Below are positions 1-13,040 of a stretch of 64,000 nucleotides of DNA, piece after piece. Source of the DNA: Octopus sinensis (Eukaryota); the NCBI RefSeq assembly GCF_006345805.1, contig NC_043006.1, positions 27,528,001 to 27,592,000 on the forward strand. Direction: 5' to 3'. The stretch's first letter is position 1. Each line of letters opens with the position of its first letter. The notes below the pieces were generated by a model. The model was not told where the DNA came from. It worked only from the letters and a program-made list of their open reading frames with translations, and searched no databases. The position numbers and the translations under genes are program-made.

Positions 1-266
1 CTTGTATTTGCGCAGGAAAGCTTTCTCTCTCCTTCGGTCTGGTTGCCTCTGGTGGTCTGTTTGGAACTGCTCATATTTATAAAAATGCAAACCAGTTCTA
101 ACAATTAACGTAGGTCACTCCTTATCTATTTCAACATTTCATGGTGTAGAAAAGGTTAAGAGTCAAGTGGAAAACACAAATCTATGTTCTCCCTTGACAG
201 AACAATAGAACACATTTTCTAGATTCGATTTCGAATCTCAGGTAGGACCAAATGAGGTCTCTACAT

Positions 267-359
<93 letters not shown>

Positions 360-369
360 CACACACACA

Positions 370-412
<43 letters not shown>

Positions 413-423
413 ACACACACACA
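267..423. repeat. (ATAG)n followed by (CA)n microsatellite
   Basis: Direct reading; explains the low-complexity ORFs at 182-441. Confidence 0.95.
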
Positions 424-489
424 GGCATGGATAGGCATCACAGGTAAGTATTTTCTACTATAACCTACAGCTGACCAAAGCCTCTTAAA

Positions 490-770
490 GAAATATGATA
501 AATGGAAAATGAAAGAAGCTCATCACACAGGGTATTCAGGCTAAATTTGATGATTTTTTATTCGTTCCCTTTCATCAGAAACAGCTTGATGTATTGGTGA
601 ACAGTTAATGGCATTGCAAAACATAGAAATTAATTTTGTAGTTAAGAAAAAGTTAGCTGACATGGAGGACTGAAAGCCATCTGAATATTGGAAAAGATTT
701 ACTTGTATCATGATTCGTGACAAGTATCAAAATGTTGACATCATAACTACTGCTTAATGCATTGGTAAGT
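490..770 (+). pseudogene. Possible hAT transposase C-terminal remnant
   Basis: Stop-interrupted frame LMALQNIEINFVVKKKLADMED*KPSEYWKRF..DKYQNV resembles the hAT dimerization region (P.EYWK...KY.N). Confidence 0.3.
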
Positions 771-879
771 TTTTTAGGGATTAGGGTTGTCTCTTCCCTT
801 TTATTATTTTATGGGTTTCAAATGCTTTTTTTAAACATGGGTCTTGACTCAGTAGTGGAATGTTATTGTATATAATTGT

Positions 880-1485
880 GTAATCTTCTGTATTTCTTGG
901 ATTGTGTGTTGAGGGATATGAGAGACTGTTTAATGTACCTTGAGTGTGTTTTGGTTTTTGTAAGTCTTGGATATCAATGTCTTGGCCTGTTCTATTCCAT
1001 TGTCAACTAATGATGCTGGATACTGTCTTTTGAGAAGAATTTCCATTAGTTCTTGGAGTCTTTTATTTCGTGTTTCATAATTTGAGACAATTGTACAGAT
1101 TCTTCTCACTAGATTGAAGGAGATGTTTGTCTTCATGCGCTTTGGGTGATTGGAGGTGAACAAGAGGTATTGTTTGGAATCAGTCAGTTTGTAGTGGATA
1201 TCAGTTTCAATGTTGGTGCTTTTTTTTACAATAAGAATGTCTAGAAATGGGAGTTGGTCTTGACAATATTCCATTGTAAATTGGATATGGTTGTTGGCGC
1301 TGTTGATTAAATTTTTAATTCATTGAGTTGGTCGAATGTGTGGGACCATAAAATGACGCAGTGATCCAAGTAGTGTTTCCAATTCTCCAACAGATACTAT
1401 TGGAAAAAAAGGCCATATTTTAATTTGGATTGTTCATGTATTTGTATTTCCAGGTAGGCCATCACCAGATTTTTGATGAACTTAT
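880..1485 (-). mobile_element. Penelope-like element RT/thumb fragment (degenerate)
   Basis: ORF 930-1274 (LPFLDILI..IETDIHYKLTDSKQYL..HP..RRICTI) plus upstream NLVMAYLE..WKHYLDHC. Clearly homologous to the 42036-44639 ORF. Confidence 0.9.
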
Positions 1486-1489
1486 AAAG

Positions 1490-1922
1490 AACTAGCAGCA
1501 TAGTCCGGCGTTGCCCGGGTATGTAAGAGCCCCTAGTAGGCAACGGCTAATCCCAATCGGGTCCTTTCTCTCTAGGGAACGAAGGCGCATGTGTAGGTTG
1601 CAATGTCTTCTCTTCACTCGAATACTTCTGTGTATACGATGTTCCTAGCTGTCCCTTTGGGCGATAAAAAGGTCGAGTTGTGTCCCCTAGACAGAAAATG
1701 TGTTGCATATAAAAAGCTTAGATTCTCGACCCCATGTCGAATTTATCGATTTTTTCAGAACTGGGGGAACTTTTTAAAATTTTCGCTGCGTCAGTTTTGA
1801 ATTATGACATTGGGCTATGTGTGTCAAGTTTCATCAGAATCGGTTGAAAGCCGTGGTCAGGGTGAGGGTACAACCTGACAGACACACAGACAGACAAACT
1901 GCCGTTTATATATAGAGAGATT
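1490..1922 (+). mobile_element. Helentron/HINE (DINE-1-like) non-autonomous element, copy 1
   Basis: 5' ACTAGCAG..CCGGCGTTGC and 3' CAGACAGACAAACTGCCGTTTATATATAGAGAGAT. About 200 bp is shared with 37950-38308. The family assignment is inferred from terminal motifs. Confidence 0.6.
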
Positions 1923-2228
1923 ATGAACTTATTTTACTACCTATTTTGAACACTTTTATGTAAACTGTTTAAACACAAAGCCCCTCTTAACATTTTCTTA
2001 TCATTGTCAAAGACGCTATCAGTGTATTTTAATACATCTATGTTAATTAATTCTTAACACCACAAAGGCTATACAAAGCCTTACATTTTACTTTTGAAAT
2101 CTTTTTATAAAAAAAGTGAAACTGGTCAAGTCAATAAGCATCTGTAAAAGACCTCTGCATTTTTAAATCTTCTTCTATATATATATATATATATATATAG
2201 TTTAAAATTGCATAGAAGGTCTTGAAAA

Positions 2229-2274
2229 CCACCTGATGAATGTCCATTGAAGTGACAAGAAACGATCGTAGTGG
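2229..2274 (+). ncRNA. Minimal type I hammerhead ribozyme motif
   Basis: CCAC-CTGATGA-A-TGTC..GACA-A-GAAA-CGATCG-TA-GTGG: stem I CCAC/GTGG, intact core, palindromic stem III ACGATCGT, GUA site. Confidence 0.7.
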
Positions 2275-2399
2275 ATATCTTAATTAATCTTAATTATATT
2301 TAATTTATATAAAATTTTTTATGTATTGGATTAAGTCTTTCTTTGTTTGATCTGCATAATAGTGGTTTTGTCTCTAATTAATATTATATATATGTATAT

Positions 2400-2757
2400 A
2401 TATATATATACATTATTTACATTATTTACATTAGACGAATACATGTCCTCATCTTGTTTGTTGTTACCACAATGTTTTGGCTGATTTCCTCTCCAGCCTT
2501 CATCGGGTATCCAGGTAGAATTTTGAACCCAACCCTGGGTACTCATTCCTAAGGTATTTTTTTGCTGATATTATTATTATTATTATTATTATTATTTATT
2601 GAAGGCACTGCCTGGAATTGAACTTGCAATCTTGGGATTAGTAGCCCACGCTCTTAACCATTACGCTATATGCTTGTGGGCATATAGCATAATGGTTAAG
2701 AGTGCAGGCTACTAACCACAAGATTGTGAATTCAATTCTGGGCATTGCCTTGAATAA

Positions 2758-2796
<39 letters not shown>

Positions 2797-3000
2797 GTGA
2801 CGGTGATGGTGATGGTGATGATGATAATGATGTCAACAAAAAAAAATACCTTAGGAATGAGAACCCAGGGTAGGTTTAAAATTCTACCAGGACACCTGAT
2901 GAAGGCTGGAAAATAAATAAGCTGAGACATGATAACAACAATGAAGATGAGGACATATATCCCTCCAATGTAAATAATGTAAATAATATACAGAATTCCT
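2400..3000. mobile_element. Head-to-head palindrome of a tRNA-headed element with hammerhead-like tail
   Basis: Arms 2400-2673 and 2680-3000 are reverse complements around TTGTGG. Each arm has a tRNA-like head (A box TAGCATAATGG, B-box-like GTTCAATTCC), then (AAT/GAT)n, then a decayed hammerhead (2466-2511 minus; 2891-2935 plus). Confidence 0.8.
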
Positions 3001-3034
3001 CATCTCAAAAATATAGAACCATATATATATATGT

Positions 3035-3212
3035 ATGTATGTGTGTATATATGTATGTATTATGTATGTATGTATGTATGTATGTATGTATGTATGTATG
3101 TATGTATGTATGTATGTATGTGTGTATGTGTGTATGTATGTACGTATGTATGTATGTATGTATGTATGTATGTATGTATGTAGTGTGTATGTATGTATGT
3201 ATGTATGTATGT
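3035..3212. repeat. (TATG)n microsatellite
   Basis: Direct reading. Confidence 0.95.
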
Positions 3213-3835
3213 CTAATGTCTTTGCTGTACTGTTTCCTTATCTCACATCTGGCCATGGTGAAATATTACCTTCCTTGGAATAGATGAGGAGTGTCGACTG
3301 GAAATGCATCTAGCCATGCAAAATCTACCTCATCCATGAGAGCACAGAAAATGGATGTTCAAAGATATACATATATAGTTATAAAGGATTCAGATAAAAA
3401 CTTTGTAGTATGCTATGCAAAGCTTGTCCACATTTATTGGCTACCAGATGTCATCATACAGAGGGAATGTTCTTGCAACTGGATATGCATCAGGAATTCC
3501 ACAGCATGCACAGAGTTTATGTAAATAGATAAATAATGAAAATGAATTGAAGAACATTTTCTATTTAAAAATCACTACAATTGTTTTGACACATTTTAAA
3601 GATGGTCAGATGATATAAATAATATATTATGTAAATCCCTGTCGTCCATCCAATGTGTAAGATGTGCTTCTTCAGGTAATTGTTTTGAATCAATCCTTCG
3701 TTAGACCATACTCTCATTTCACTCTGTATGAGAATGAACACCTAAAGCAGTGTGCTATTTTCAGCCATATATATATATATAGCGGGACTCCGGTACCGTT
3801 TTTCATCTAGTACAGCATATTATGCTCATAACAAA

Positions 3836-3897
3836 CTACGCTGACGAAGCTACAGATATCCTTGTGATATTAATAGCTGAAACTGTACGGTACGTAG
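3836..3897 (+). ncRNA. Type I hammerhead ribozyme (intact)
   Basis: CTACG-CTGACGA-AGCTA..ATATC/GATAT..TAGCT-GAAA-CTGTACGG-TA-CGTAG. Perfect 5-bp stem I; predicted cleavage after 3892. Confidence 0.85.
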
Positions 3898-4343
3898 GTG
3901 ATTATTCCATTTAGTATATTTCTTTTGTCTCATCCATTGCTTTAGGTCGTGCTGAATTTTATTTTTATTTGAGAACAAAATCTTTGTGGAGAATGGCGAT
4001 TTGACGTCTATATCTAGCATGTTGACTGTCCACCTTTTCGTGTTCAGTCCTTAATTGGTATATATAAATATTTTAATCTTCGGATTCTTTTTAATGTGCT
4101 AGACCACTGGTTTTAATTGACTAATATCAATTTCTACCCTTAATTTTTAAATATGAAATATATGTTCTCAAACCGATAAATTGACTGCTGCTAATTATTA
4201 GCTGCAGGCTGGTTTTTCGATTATCAGCGCGCCAAAAGTAGAGGCATTTGAAAGATACATCCGAACGTAATAAGTTGTACTTTTTGCATGCGGGACTCCG
4301 GTACCGTTTTTCATCTAGTACAGCATATTATGCTCATAACAAA

Positions 4344-4405
4344 CTACGCTGACGAAGCTACAGATATCCTTGTGATATTAATAGCTGAAACTGTACGGTA
4401 CATAG
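4344..4405 (+). ncRNA. Type I hammerhead ribozyme, second copy (one stem I mismatch)
   Basis: Identical to 3836-3897 except CGTAG>CATAG (4402). Predicted cleavage after 4400. Confidence 0.8.
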
Positions 4406-5415
4406 GTGATTATTCCATTTAGTATATTTCTTTTGTCTCATCCATTGCTTTAGGTCGTGCTGAATTTTATTTTTATTTGAGAACAAAATCTTTGTGGAGA
4501 ATGGCGATTTGACGTCTATATCTAGCATGTTGACTGTCCACCTTTTCGTGTTCAGTCCTTAATTGGTATATATATATATATATATTATATAAGCAATATT
4601 TTCAACCAAGATGTTACAACAGTATCTGACTGTTTAAGTGCATCAATTCATATGTCTACTCAACTGATGACGATTATCAATGGTTTCTCCCATAATTTCG
4701 ATGCAGAATTTGCTATCATTAGTAAACTGTTGGCATTTTTTACAACACGGGTATGCCAGCATGTGTTTCAGAGTGTGATTTACGTTTGTGTTTGTCCCCC
4801 ACTGCTTGACAACCAGTGTTTGTTTGTTTACATCCCCATAACTTAGCAGTTCAACAAAAGTGACCGATAGCACAGGTAACAAGCTTTTGAAAAAGTAAGT
4901 ACTGGGACTGGTTCATCTGATGAAGACCCTTCAAGACAGTGTTCCAGCATAACGGCAGTCCAATGACTGAAACAAGTGAAAAAATCAAAGATACACACAC
5001 ACACACACATATATTATTAGAGTGTTACCGTAGTATGATGAGTAACTCTGGAAATATACTTTTGTCACCATGGGTAGTCAGGGAAGGATTTATAGGGGAG
5101 TGAAGTGGTAATTGCCATAGGCCCTTGACAAATATTGTCCCACCCCCTGCTATGAAGGGTATGTAGCACTCAGTACATGGAGTCCCACCTCCAAGCAATC
5201 TGACATAAAGAGTCTCTCTTTTAATATACAAAGGTGTCTTGACTTCTTAAAAAGCATAGATTTTTCCACCTCAGAGACACCAATTTATTCAGTTAAAAAA
5301 AACAGTTTACTACCCAGTGCAGCTACAATTCCCAAGGGAATTTAATTGTAGCTGCTTTGGGGACAACAACAAAGAAAAGAGAGACAACACTCCTAAAAAT
5401 GTATGCATATATGTA

Positions 5416-5416
<1 letters not shown>

Positions 5417-5494
<78 letters not shown>
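5417..5494. repeat. (TG)n microsatellite
   Basis: Direct reading. Confidence 0.95.
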
Positions 5495-5495
<1 letters not shown>

Positions 5496-8239
5496 TATGA
5501 ATGTATATAAAAATAAAGAAATTGATTGAAAGAAGTCAGGTCAAGTTCCTTCTTTCAAAGCATGACTGAGAGTGGAGGTGCATATCACTCGGTTACCCTC
5601 CAACGCTCTGCAATTATTTACCAACAAGAGTGTCCTTTTACTGGCAGCGAGGAGAAGATTCTAGAAAATTGAATCAAGCAATAATGGCTTGATGCTGATT
5701 GGTTGCTTAATAGACAGATCATGTGAAATTATTCTTGTTTGCTTGTGTTGTTTTACTGTCTACTTAGTGGTTCAATTTCAAATCACCACTACATATTAGC
5801 GTTTCAACTATGTATATTAATAATGTTAAAGTATAGTTGTAAAAAATATGTATAACATGAATAGTATTGTTTTGATCCAGTTTAGTAATAATCCCACAAG
5901 TTTTTTTTTTATTCACGATGTAACATGAAATCCTGCAAATCTCAAAAAAGAGCATCTGAGGTACCATGCATGAGGTACAATACTATAGTAGGAATTATCT
6001 TTATTTTTTTGATACCATCAGAAGAATATACCTCTACTAAGCAGTTTGTAAATTGAATGACAGAATTCATACATAGAAAAATAACACCCTCTAATCAGGG
6101 CCCTATAGTATTTATCTATTGATAGCAAGTTATAGCATTCAAAGATCAGAAATGGACCCCTAGACCCATGAGGCTTTTAGGCAACTGCCTAATGTGCCCA
6201 TGCCATAAAACGGCACTGTTTTCGATTACTATAGACAACAAAGTTTAGTTAAATGTGTTGTGAAAGTAGTTTTATGCATAAGTTCTTGAAATAAATTACC
6301 TTTTAGAAGGGAAAACTATTTTATACTTGATGATAGGCTCAAAGTTTCTAATAACCAACTGAAACATCAGCTGGCAATACTTGACAAAATACAGATCTTT
6401 GGATTTTTCTGCTTGAAAGAAGGCCCATGACCTTTGTCTTCACCCACACCAACTAATGAGATTAATATAGGTAATGCCCAACTAGATTATTTGCAGAAAA
6501 AAATAAATCCAGATAGTGGAAACAAAGCTCTATTATGAATGCTTGCAACATGCATGAGAGATGTTACTAACATGGAGCAGTTGTTTTTAAAATCAGGCTC
6601 ACTTCACCCACCAACCCAAAGATCTTGGTACAAACAAAATTGTTCCAGCTACTACCATTTTGTTTTTTCTTTGTCTTTATTATAGACATTGTGTGTATAG
6701 GATCACATTGTTCAATATTTATTTTCTTTATTAAGACAGTAGGGCAGCAATACTCAAACTGACATATTTATTACTAGCTCAGACCTATCCCAGCAAAAGT
6801 GAAATATTTTATGCTCTCTTCTTGTTACTAAGAAAAATTTGCATCCACATGATTCTTTCATTGTAATGATTTTGGATATGTTTAAAGCGTTTAAAACTAT
6901 ATTAAATTTATTACACATAGCAATTTTTCATCTTCACAACTCTTCTTCCTTCTATAAGAAATATGGCAATAGCATATGATTTGATGGAAATTTTGATGCA
7001 GTTTCTAACAGGTTGAGCAACTGCATAGAGGTCTCTCACCAACATGAGAATACTCCTGATAGTTTTTAGGAGACTGATTGAGAGTATGTAAAGAAAGATA
7101 CATTGATCAAGATATACGAAAAGGAAGAGAATAAAGAGGGATTGAGAGAATGATAAATAGAAAGAGTAGATAAAACAGATGAAGATATATTAAAGTGAAG
7201 CAGTTGAATAGTAAAATAGAGAGGCAAAACTGTTTTAACTGTGTAATTGTTCATGATGTCAGCACTTTAATTGACCTTTCTTTGGGGGGAAGTCACTCCA
7301 CACCCTGAAATACCACTAAATATTTCCTCTTGACCTACATGCATGCAAACACACATATATAATAAAATATACATACCCTATGTATTCTCATCACTCTTTT
7401 TCACCCACACCCATTCAAATAAATGTTATACACCTATATATGTTTGATGCATATATATGTATGTATGCATGCCCATATATCATGTGTTCTTCATTGGGAG
7501 TTATTCAGTGGAACAAAAGTTGTTCTCTAAGTGATAAATCTTTGTATTTAGATGTAACTTCAGTCAAATGCTGACTATTTGGAAAGTTTTGCAACATTGA
7601 AAATTAGTAGTTTTTTTTCTTTAATTGAGGACTGTTAGTGTATAAAGAAAATTGTTAGTGATGGTCTATGTTGGCTGAAAAAGAACACAGTTAATGTAAT
7701 TTGTATAATGTTGGTATGTTGTAGAGTTGCTACTGTATCTGTAGCAGTGATTCAAAACTAGGTAACTGATCAGACATCACAACTGAACCACAATAGTTTC
7801 ACATGATTGGTCTAGCATGAAACCATTGTGTGATTCAGTCTTCTTGTACCATATAAAAGGTTGCTTTTGGTGGTAATAAATCACAGAACGTTTAGAGCAA
7901 CCAACTCATTCACACATCTCACCTCTTGCCAGGCAGAGTGTTGAAAGGTGGCTGAACAATATGTGCCTCCACTCTTGCCAGAGATGACCCAGGAAAAGGC
8001 TAAGACAGATGTCACAGACAGATGACCAGAAATCTCTATCACCACACAGATGGCACAACTGTTTCCAGATATGTTGGGCAAGATACATGTTTCTGTACCA
8101 AGAATTCGATGTAAACTCAGAGCAGTTTCTCTCTCCCAGTATGTAATTATTGCTGTTGTTAACAGTAAAAGGCTAACTCAGTTTATCTTTATGTGTGATA
8201 ATAAATACATGTACACACACACACACACACACACACACA

Positions 8240-8720
8240 CTTAGTGATTGCTCCATCTTCACAGATGATTGCTGTCTCCTAGTGCTTCACTGTCGATGAC
8301 ATTTCTGACTTTCTGATCACTCACATAACTGTACAGTCCCACTGCAGATTTGCATGGTTAGAAACATAAATGTCAGACAAAAGTTGTTACTTCCACTGGA
8401 TCGATCTGGTCATTTTGTTGTATAAGATGTTCCCTGATCATTGTTACAAATTCTTTGACTTGAAGTTGAACTTTCTCACTGTTTAGGTTTGCACACTGCC
8501 GTTGTGCTTTCAATAGATAGAATAATAAAGAAGGTCACCATAAAAAGACATCTGTACATCATTGGATTATAGTGATAAATGTTTGTACAATATGAGTACA
8601 CTCTCTTAGCCTCTATAATTAGTAACTAGTAACAAGCCAAAGTGAGACAAACTGTAATCACATGAAACCACAGGTTTTACATCAGAATGTCCCTCTCCTA
8701 GATGGATGTTGTGACACAAG
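8240..8720 (+). pseudogene. Old RTE-like LINE RT remnant
   Basis: FTDDCCL motif (cf. LFADDCAL) with many stops and frameshifts. Confidence 0.35.
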
Positions 8721-9041
8721 CTAGGAATCCATTACTACCGGTGGTTTACAACTATTAGATGGCCATTACACTCCACAAAGTTCACCCAGCCTTTGGTTAG
8801 GTCACTTTTTGTGCTACTGGTAACATGTAACCCAGTACAAACTGTAGCATGGTTGGGTCATTGATGACTAAACTGGTAGGTGGTTTTTGCTGGATATTCT
8901 GCATGATGAAAAATAAAACCAAAGAGTGGATTACATACATACAAGCATGCATACATATTAATCAATGAACACAATACAAGACATCACAGGAGGTACAAGT
9001 TCTGACAAATTACTATAAAGCTTAAAAACGAAAGGAAAGAG

Positions 9042-9077
9042 TCTTGACATTTCAGGCACTAGTCTTTCATCAGAAAA
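9042..9077 (-). ncRNA. Degenerate minimal hammerhead motif
   Basis: TTTT-CTGATGA-AAGAC TAGT GCCT-GAAA-TGT-C-AAGA. Core intact, stems decayed. Confidence 0.45.
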
Positions 9078-9569
9078 AAATACAAGAATGAGAAAAAGTG
9101 GTTAGAGAAAAGGAGTTAGAAGCCAGATAGGAATGTGGTTCAATAGGAGAGTCAGGAAGGGAGGAGAAGGTGAGGTGGTGTTTGCATGTATAGGAAGGTA
9201 ACCATGTATAGAGAGACAGGCATAGGATGAAGTGTATGTATGTGATAATGTGTGTTGTTATTTAAGGTGGCGGTATGCAAGTATGGAAGTGTATGAGGGT
9301 GTAGGAGGATGGTGTGTAGGTTTAATAGTACTATATGTGAGAGGAAGGTGTAAAGTGGAGGAGTATATAGAAGGCATTAGTGTGAGGTGAAAGAGAAGGT
9401 AAGAAGAATGTGGTATTTAAGAAAACCACTGATGAAAAAACATACATTACATATAAACATACATACAAACCTAATCAGTCCTACAAATAGAGTAAAATTT
9501 CAGTTTTTATTGGAAGTTGAAAACTTAACGAATAGGGTATTTTAGTTCACTGGAAGCATTGATTGTGTA

Positions 9570-10325
9570 TTGTTTGTGAAATGTAACGAGTCTGAAATGG
9601 CACAACAATGCAGAGTAGGCTAAAATAACTGTTATAAATAATTCAATTATTCATAGTCTAATATAATATTTCGGAATATAAAAATTCCTTCTTCGTATAT
9701 TGCTAGGAATTAATGGAGTTACTGTTATAGTCGATTTTCCAACGGTTGCTGAAATCTTTCGGAAGCATCCCTGCAGTGGTCTCATGAAGCTCCTTCCGGA
9801 ATTCCTCATGAGAAGTGCATGAGGATGGTCATGTCCCAAGCTCATGTGTGTTGGCGTATCTGCAGTGCTGCTTCCAAGTTATGTATTATATGTGCATTTT
9901 TTTAATATAATGTTTTGTTTCATGAGTATGTTACCATCGGGTGTTCAGGGTGTCGATGTTACATGCTCATGCAACAAAACATTATATAAAAAAAAAATGC
10001 ACAAATAATACATAACTTGGAAGTAGCACTTTGGATATATCGACACACACAAGCTCAAGACATGACCACCCTCATGCACTTCTCATGAGAAATTCCATAA
10101 GGAGCATTTTGAGACCACTATATGGACACTTCTGACAGATTTCAGCAACCGTTGGAAAACCGACTATAACAGTGACTCCATTAATTCCTAGCAATATCCG
10201 AAGAAGGAATTTTTATATTCTGAAATATTATATTAGACTATGAATAGTTGAATTATTTTTAACAGTTATTTTAGTCCACTCTGCATTGTTGTGCCATTTC
10301 AGACTCGTTACATTTCATTAACAAA
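9570..10325. mobile_element. ~755-bp foldback palindrome with hammerhead-like motifs in both arms
   Basis: Arms of about 365 bp are imperfect reverse complements around a ~14-nt spacer near 9945. Motifs lie at 9660-9701 (minus) and 10193-10234 (plus). Confidence 0.8.
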
Positions 10326-12299
10326 TAGTTATTTCTAGTTTCATGGTTCTAGCCTTCTGACCCAAATGAGGCAGCTAGAACATTATTGGGTATTTAAAGG
10401 TGACTATTTTTTCTAATATAGATACAAGGCCTGAGATTTGGGGAAGAGGGTTGGTCAGTTACATTGACCCTAGCTATTGATTGGTACTTTATTTAATCAA
10501 CCTTGCAAGGATTAAAGCAAAGTCGACCTCAACGGAGCTTGAACTCAGAATGTAATAAGTCGGAATACTGCAAAGCATTTCTTTTACAACCTTCTAACAA
10601 TTCTGCCAGCTTGCCACTCTTCAAATTTTGACATTAGACCAGCAATTTTTTATTTTTAGTGGGTATGAGGAGTCCATTACATCCACTCCAATACTCAATT
10701 GGTACTTATTTTATTGCTGCCAAAAGGATGAAAGCAAAGTCATCCTTGGTAAACTTAGACTGTAAAGTGCCAGAAGAAATGCCACTGAGCATTTTGTTCA
10801 AAGCCCTAATGATTCTATCAGCTTGCCTCCTTAGTCAAAACAAGCATCAAACACCAATTGAATGAAACAAGCAAATGAAGTTATCTCATTTGTTAGTTGT
10901 ATTTCATTTTCATACAAACATTCAATACATATTTTTTAATGTACTGACTGCATGCATTTTAGTTAATTAAAGTTTGTGTACTTGCTGTGTACTGAGATCG
11001 ATTTAATTGACTGCAAATTTAGATAACAAATACAACACATAAGAAGTGACTATAACAATACAATACAATATTCATACAATACATTAATGATTTATGACGA
11101 CTATCAGATGAAATTTTGTTGTAATATTGACGTAATAAGAATCAAACGCAAAGTCATTTGCAGCTGGATTTGAACTCAAAATATATAGCAGTTTTTATTT
11201 GATGTGCCACCAGTTCTAACAACAACTACAACAATACTAGAGACCTCTATATGATTGTTTGACCAGCTAGAAAGTGTGGTCAAATTCTGAAACCAGACTC
11301 TATCATCTTAAAATATGGAAGGCACATTGGGTAATATAGTCTCAAATATTAGATAAAGTATTAAAAAAAAACTGGCACTCCATTGGTTACAACAACGAGG
11401 GTTCCAGTTGATTCAATCAATGGAACAGCCTGCTCATGAAATTAACATACATGTGGCTAAGCACTCCACAGACACATATACCTTTAATATAGTTCTCAGG
11501 AAGATACAGTAGGACACTGAGTGTGACAAGGCTGGGTCTTTTGAAATATAAGTACTACTAATTTTTGCCAGCTGAGTGGACTGAAGCAATGTGAAATAAA
11601 GTGTTTTGCTCAATGACACAACACATCACTCGGAGTTGAAATCATGACCTTACAATTAGAACATAAGTGGCAGGAATAATCTCTTAGAGAAAAAGTTTAA
11701 AAAAATGAAAATTATTATATCAAATATAAGTCTAGAGACATATGGCCTCCAGCCATTTAAAAAATGTAACCCTTTGGAGAATTGAATTTCAAGATTAGAA
11801 CCACAAACAAACTCTAGAATGTTCCCAAAGCCTTAGGTGTGAAAATTAAACTTCTTTAGACAAGCACACCCTATCACAAACTGATGTCACAGATGCTTGA
11901 ATGGATATTATTAGTAGTAGTATCAGTATTAGTATTATTATCTTTAGCAGAGTCATTAGTACGCCGGACAAAATGCTTAGTGGCATTTCATCCCTCTGCA
12001 TGATCAGAGTTCAAATTCTGCTGTGGTTAACTTTGTTTTCATCCTTTTGAGATCAATAAATTAAGTGCCAGTGAAACACTGGGGTCAGTGTAATTGACTA
12101 GTCCCATCCCACCAAATTTCAGACCTTGTGTTTTTAGTAGAAAGGATTATTATCATTATTTACCATTGACAATTACCATAATCAATATTGCCAAATATAA
12201 TGATTTTTATTTGTCAGTGATTTGGCTTCTAAACTTAAACATTTCAAATTCAGATTTTAGGTGTGCAGTGGGGAACTATCTGCTACAGAATGATTATGT

Positions 12300-13040
12300 C
12301 ATAGTGTGAACCAGGAATGTCAACAGCTTGGCATGGAGTACCAACAAGTTTATGACATCCCTCTTTGAAGGCTACATTCATGCAATCCAAGAACAAGAGA
12401 TTCCCCACCATGTGCCTACAATACGAAAGGCAGAAAACGTTGACAGACAACAAATGTAGGCTGTGCAAGACCAGGACCGAAGACATCAACCACATTATTG
12501 TCAATTGTGGGAGAATGTCTTCCAGATATTATCTTCCAATGGGGCATGATATAGTGGACAGAATGGTCTTGAACAAAAGAGAATACCTACAAACAAAGTT
12601 GACCATATTCAGACTGATGGGTCAAAAGAATACTGGTGGAACTTGAAAATTAAAACAGCCACCAAGTTAAAATACAAGCAGCTAGATATCATTGTATGGG
12701 ACCACAAAGAAAAGATATGTTCTGCTATGAAAATCAGCTGACCCTGGACATGAATGTAGTTAGAAAAATACAAGAGAAAGAAGACATCTATGGACCATTG
12801 ATAAGATGTTTTGCAAATCCAGTACACAAGATACATTTTCAATTTCATACTTATTATTATTGGGGCGACAGGATACATACCAAACTGACTGGAGCAAAAT
12901 ATGGCCAAACTTAGGGGTCTTGGGGAGAGAATGCAAATCCTTAATTCATATGCTACAAATGATCATGATATCTGGGACTACAAAAATCTACAAGACCTTA
13001 AGATTGAAAGGATGAAAGACCTTAAGATTGAAAGGGTGAA
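12300..13040 (+). mobile_element. R4/Dong-like (RLE) non-LTR retrotransposon 3' fragment
   Basis: CRLC-x-HII-x-C zinc knuckle (ORF 12365-12646), then frameshifted RLE-type sequence (DIIVWD..KEDIYGPL..IIIGATG). Ends in three ~24-bp repeats. Confidence 0.75.

Larger units (their letters stand above)
3782..4574 (+). mobile_element. Retrozyme/pLTR-like tandem element, 508-nt period, inserted in (TA)n
   Basis: 3782-4066 is repeated at 4290-4574 (one substitution seen in 285 bp). Each repeat carries a hammerhead. No ORF of 60 aa or more. Confidence 0.8.

Noticed and set aside
2679-2752. tRNA gene (also 29010-29075)
   Set aside because: Degenerate cloverleaf continuing into repeat bodies; these are SINE-type heads.
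4917-4923. Isolated CTGATGA/CTGACGA heptamers (4917, 18888, 37213; minus strand near 572 and 19830)
   Set aside because: No compatible stem II-GAAA-stem III-UH-stem I arrangement was found.
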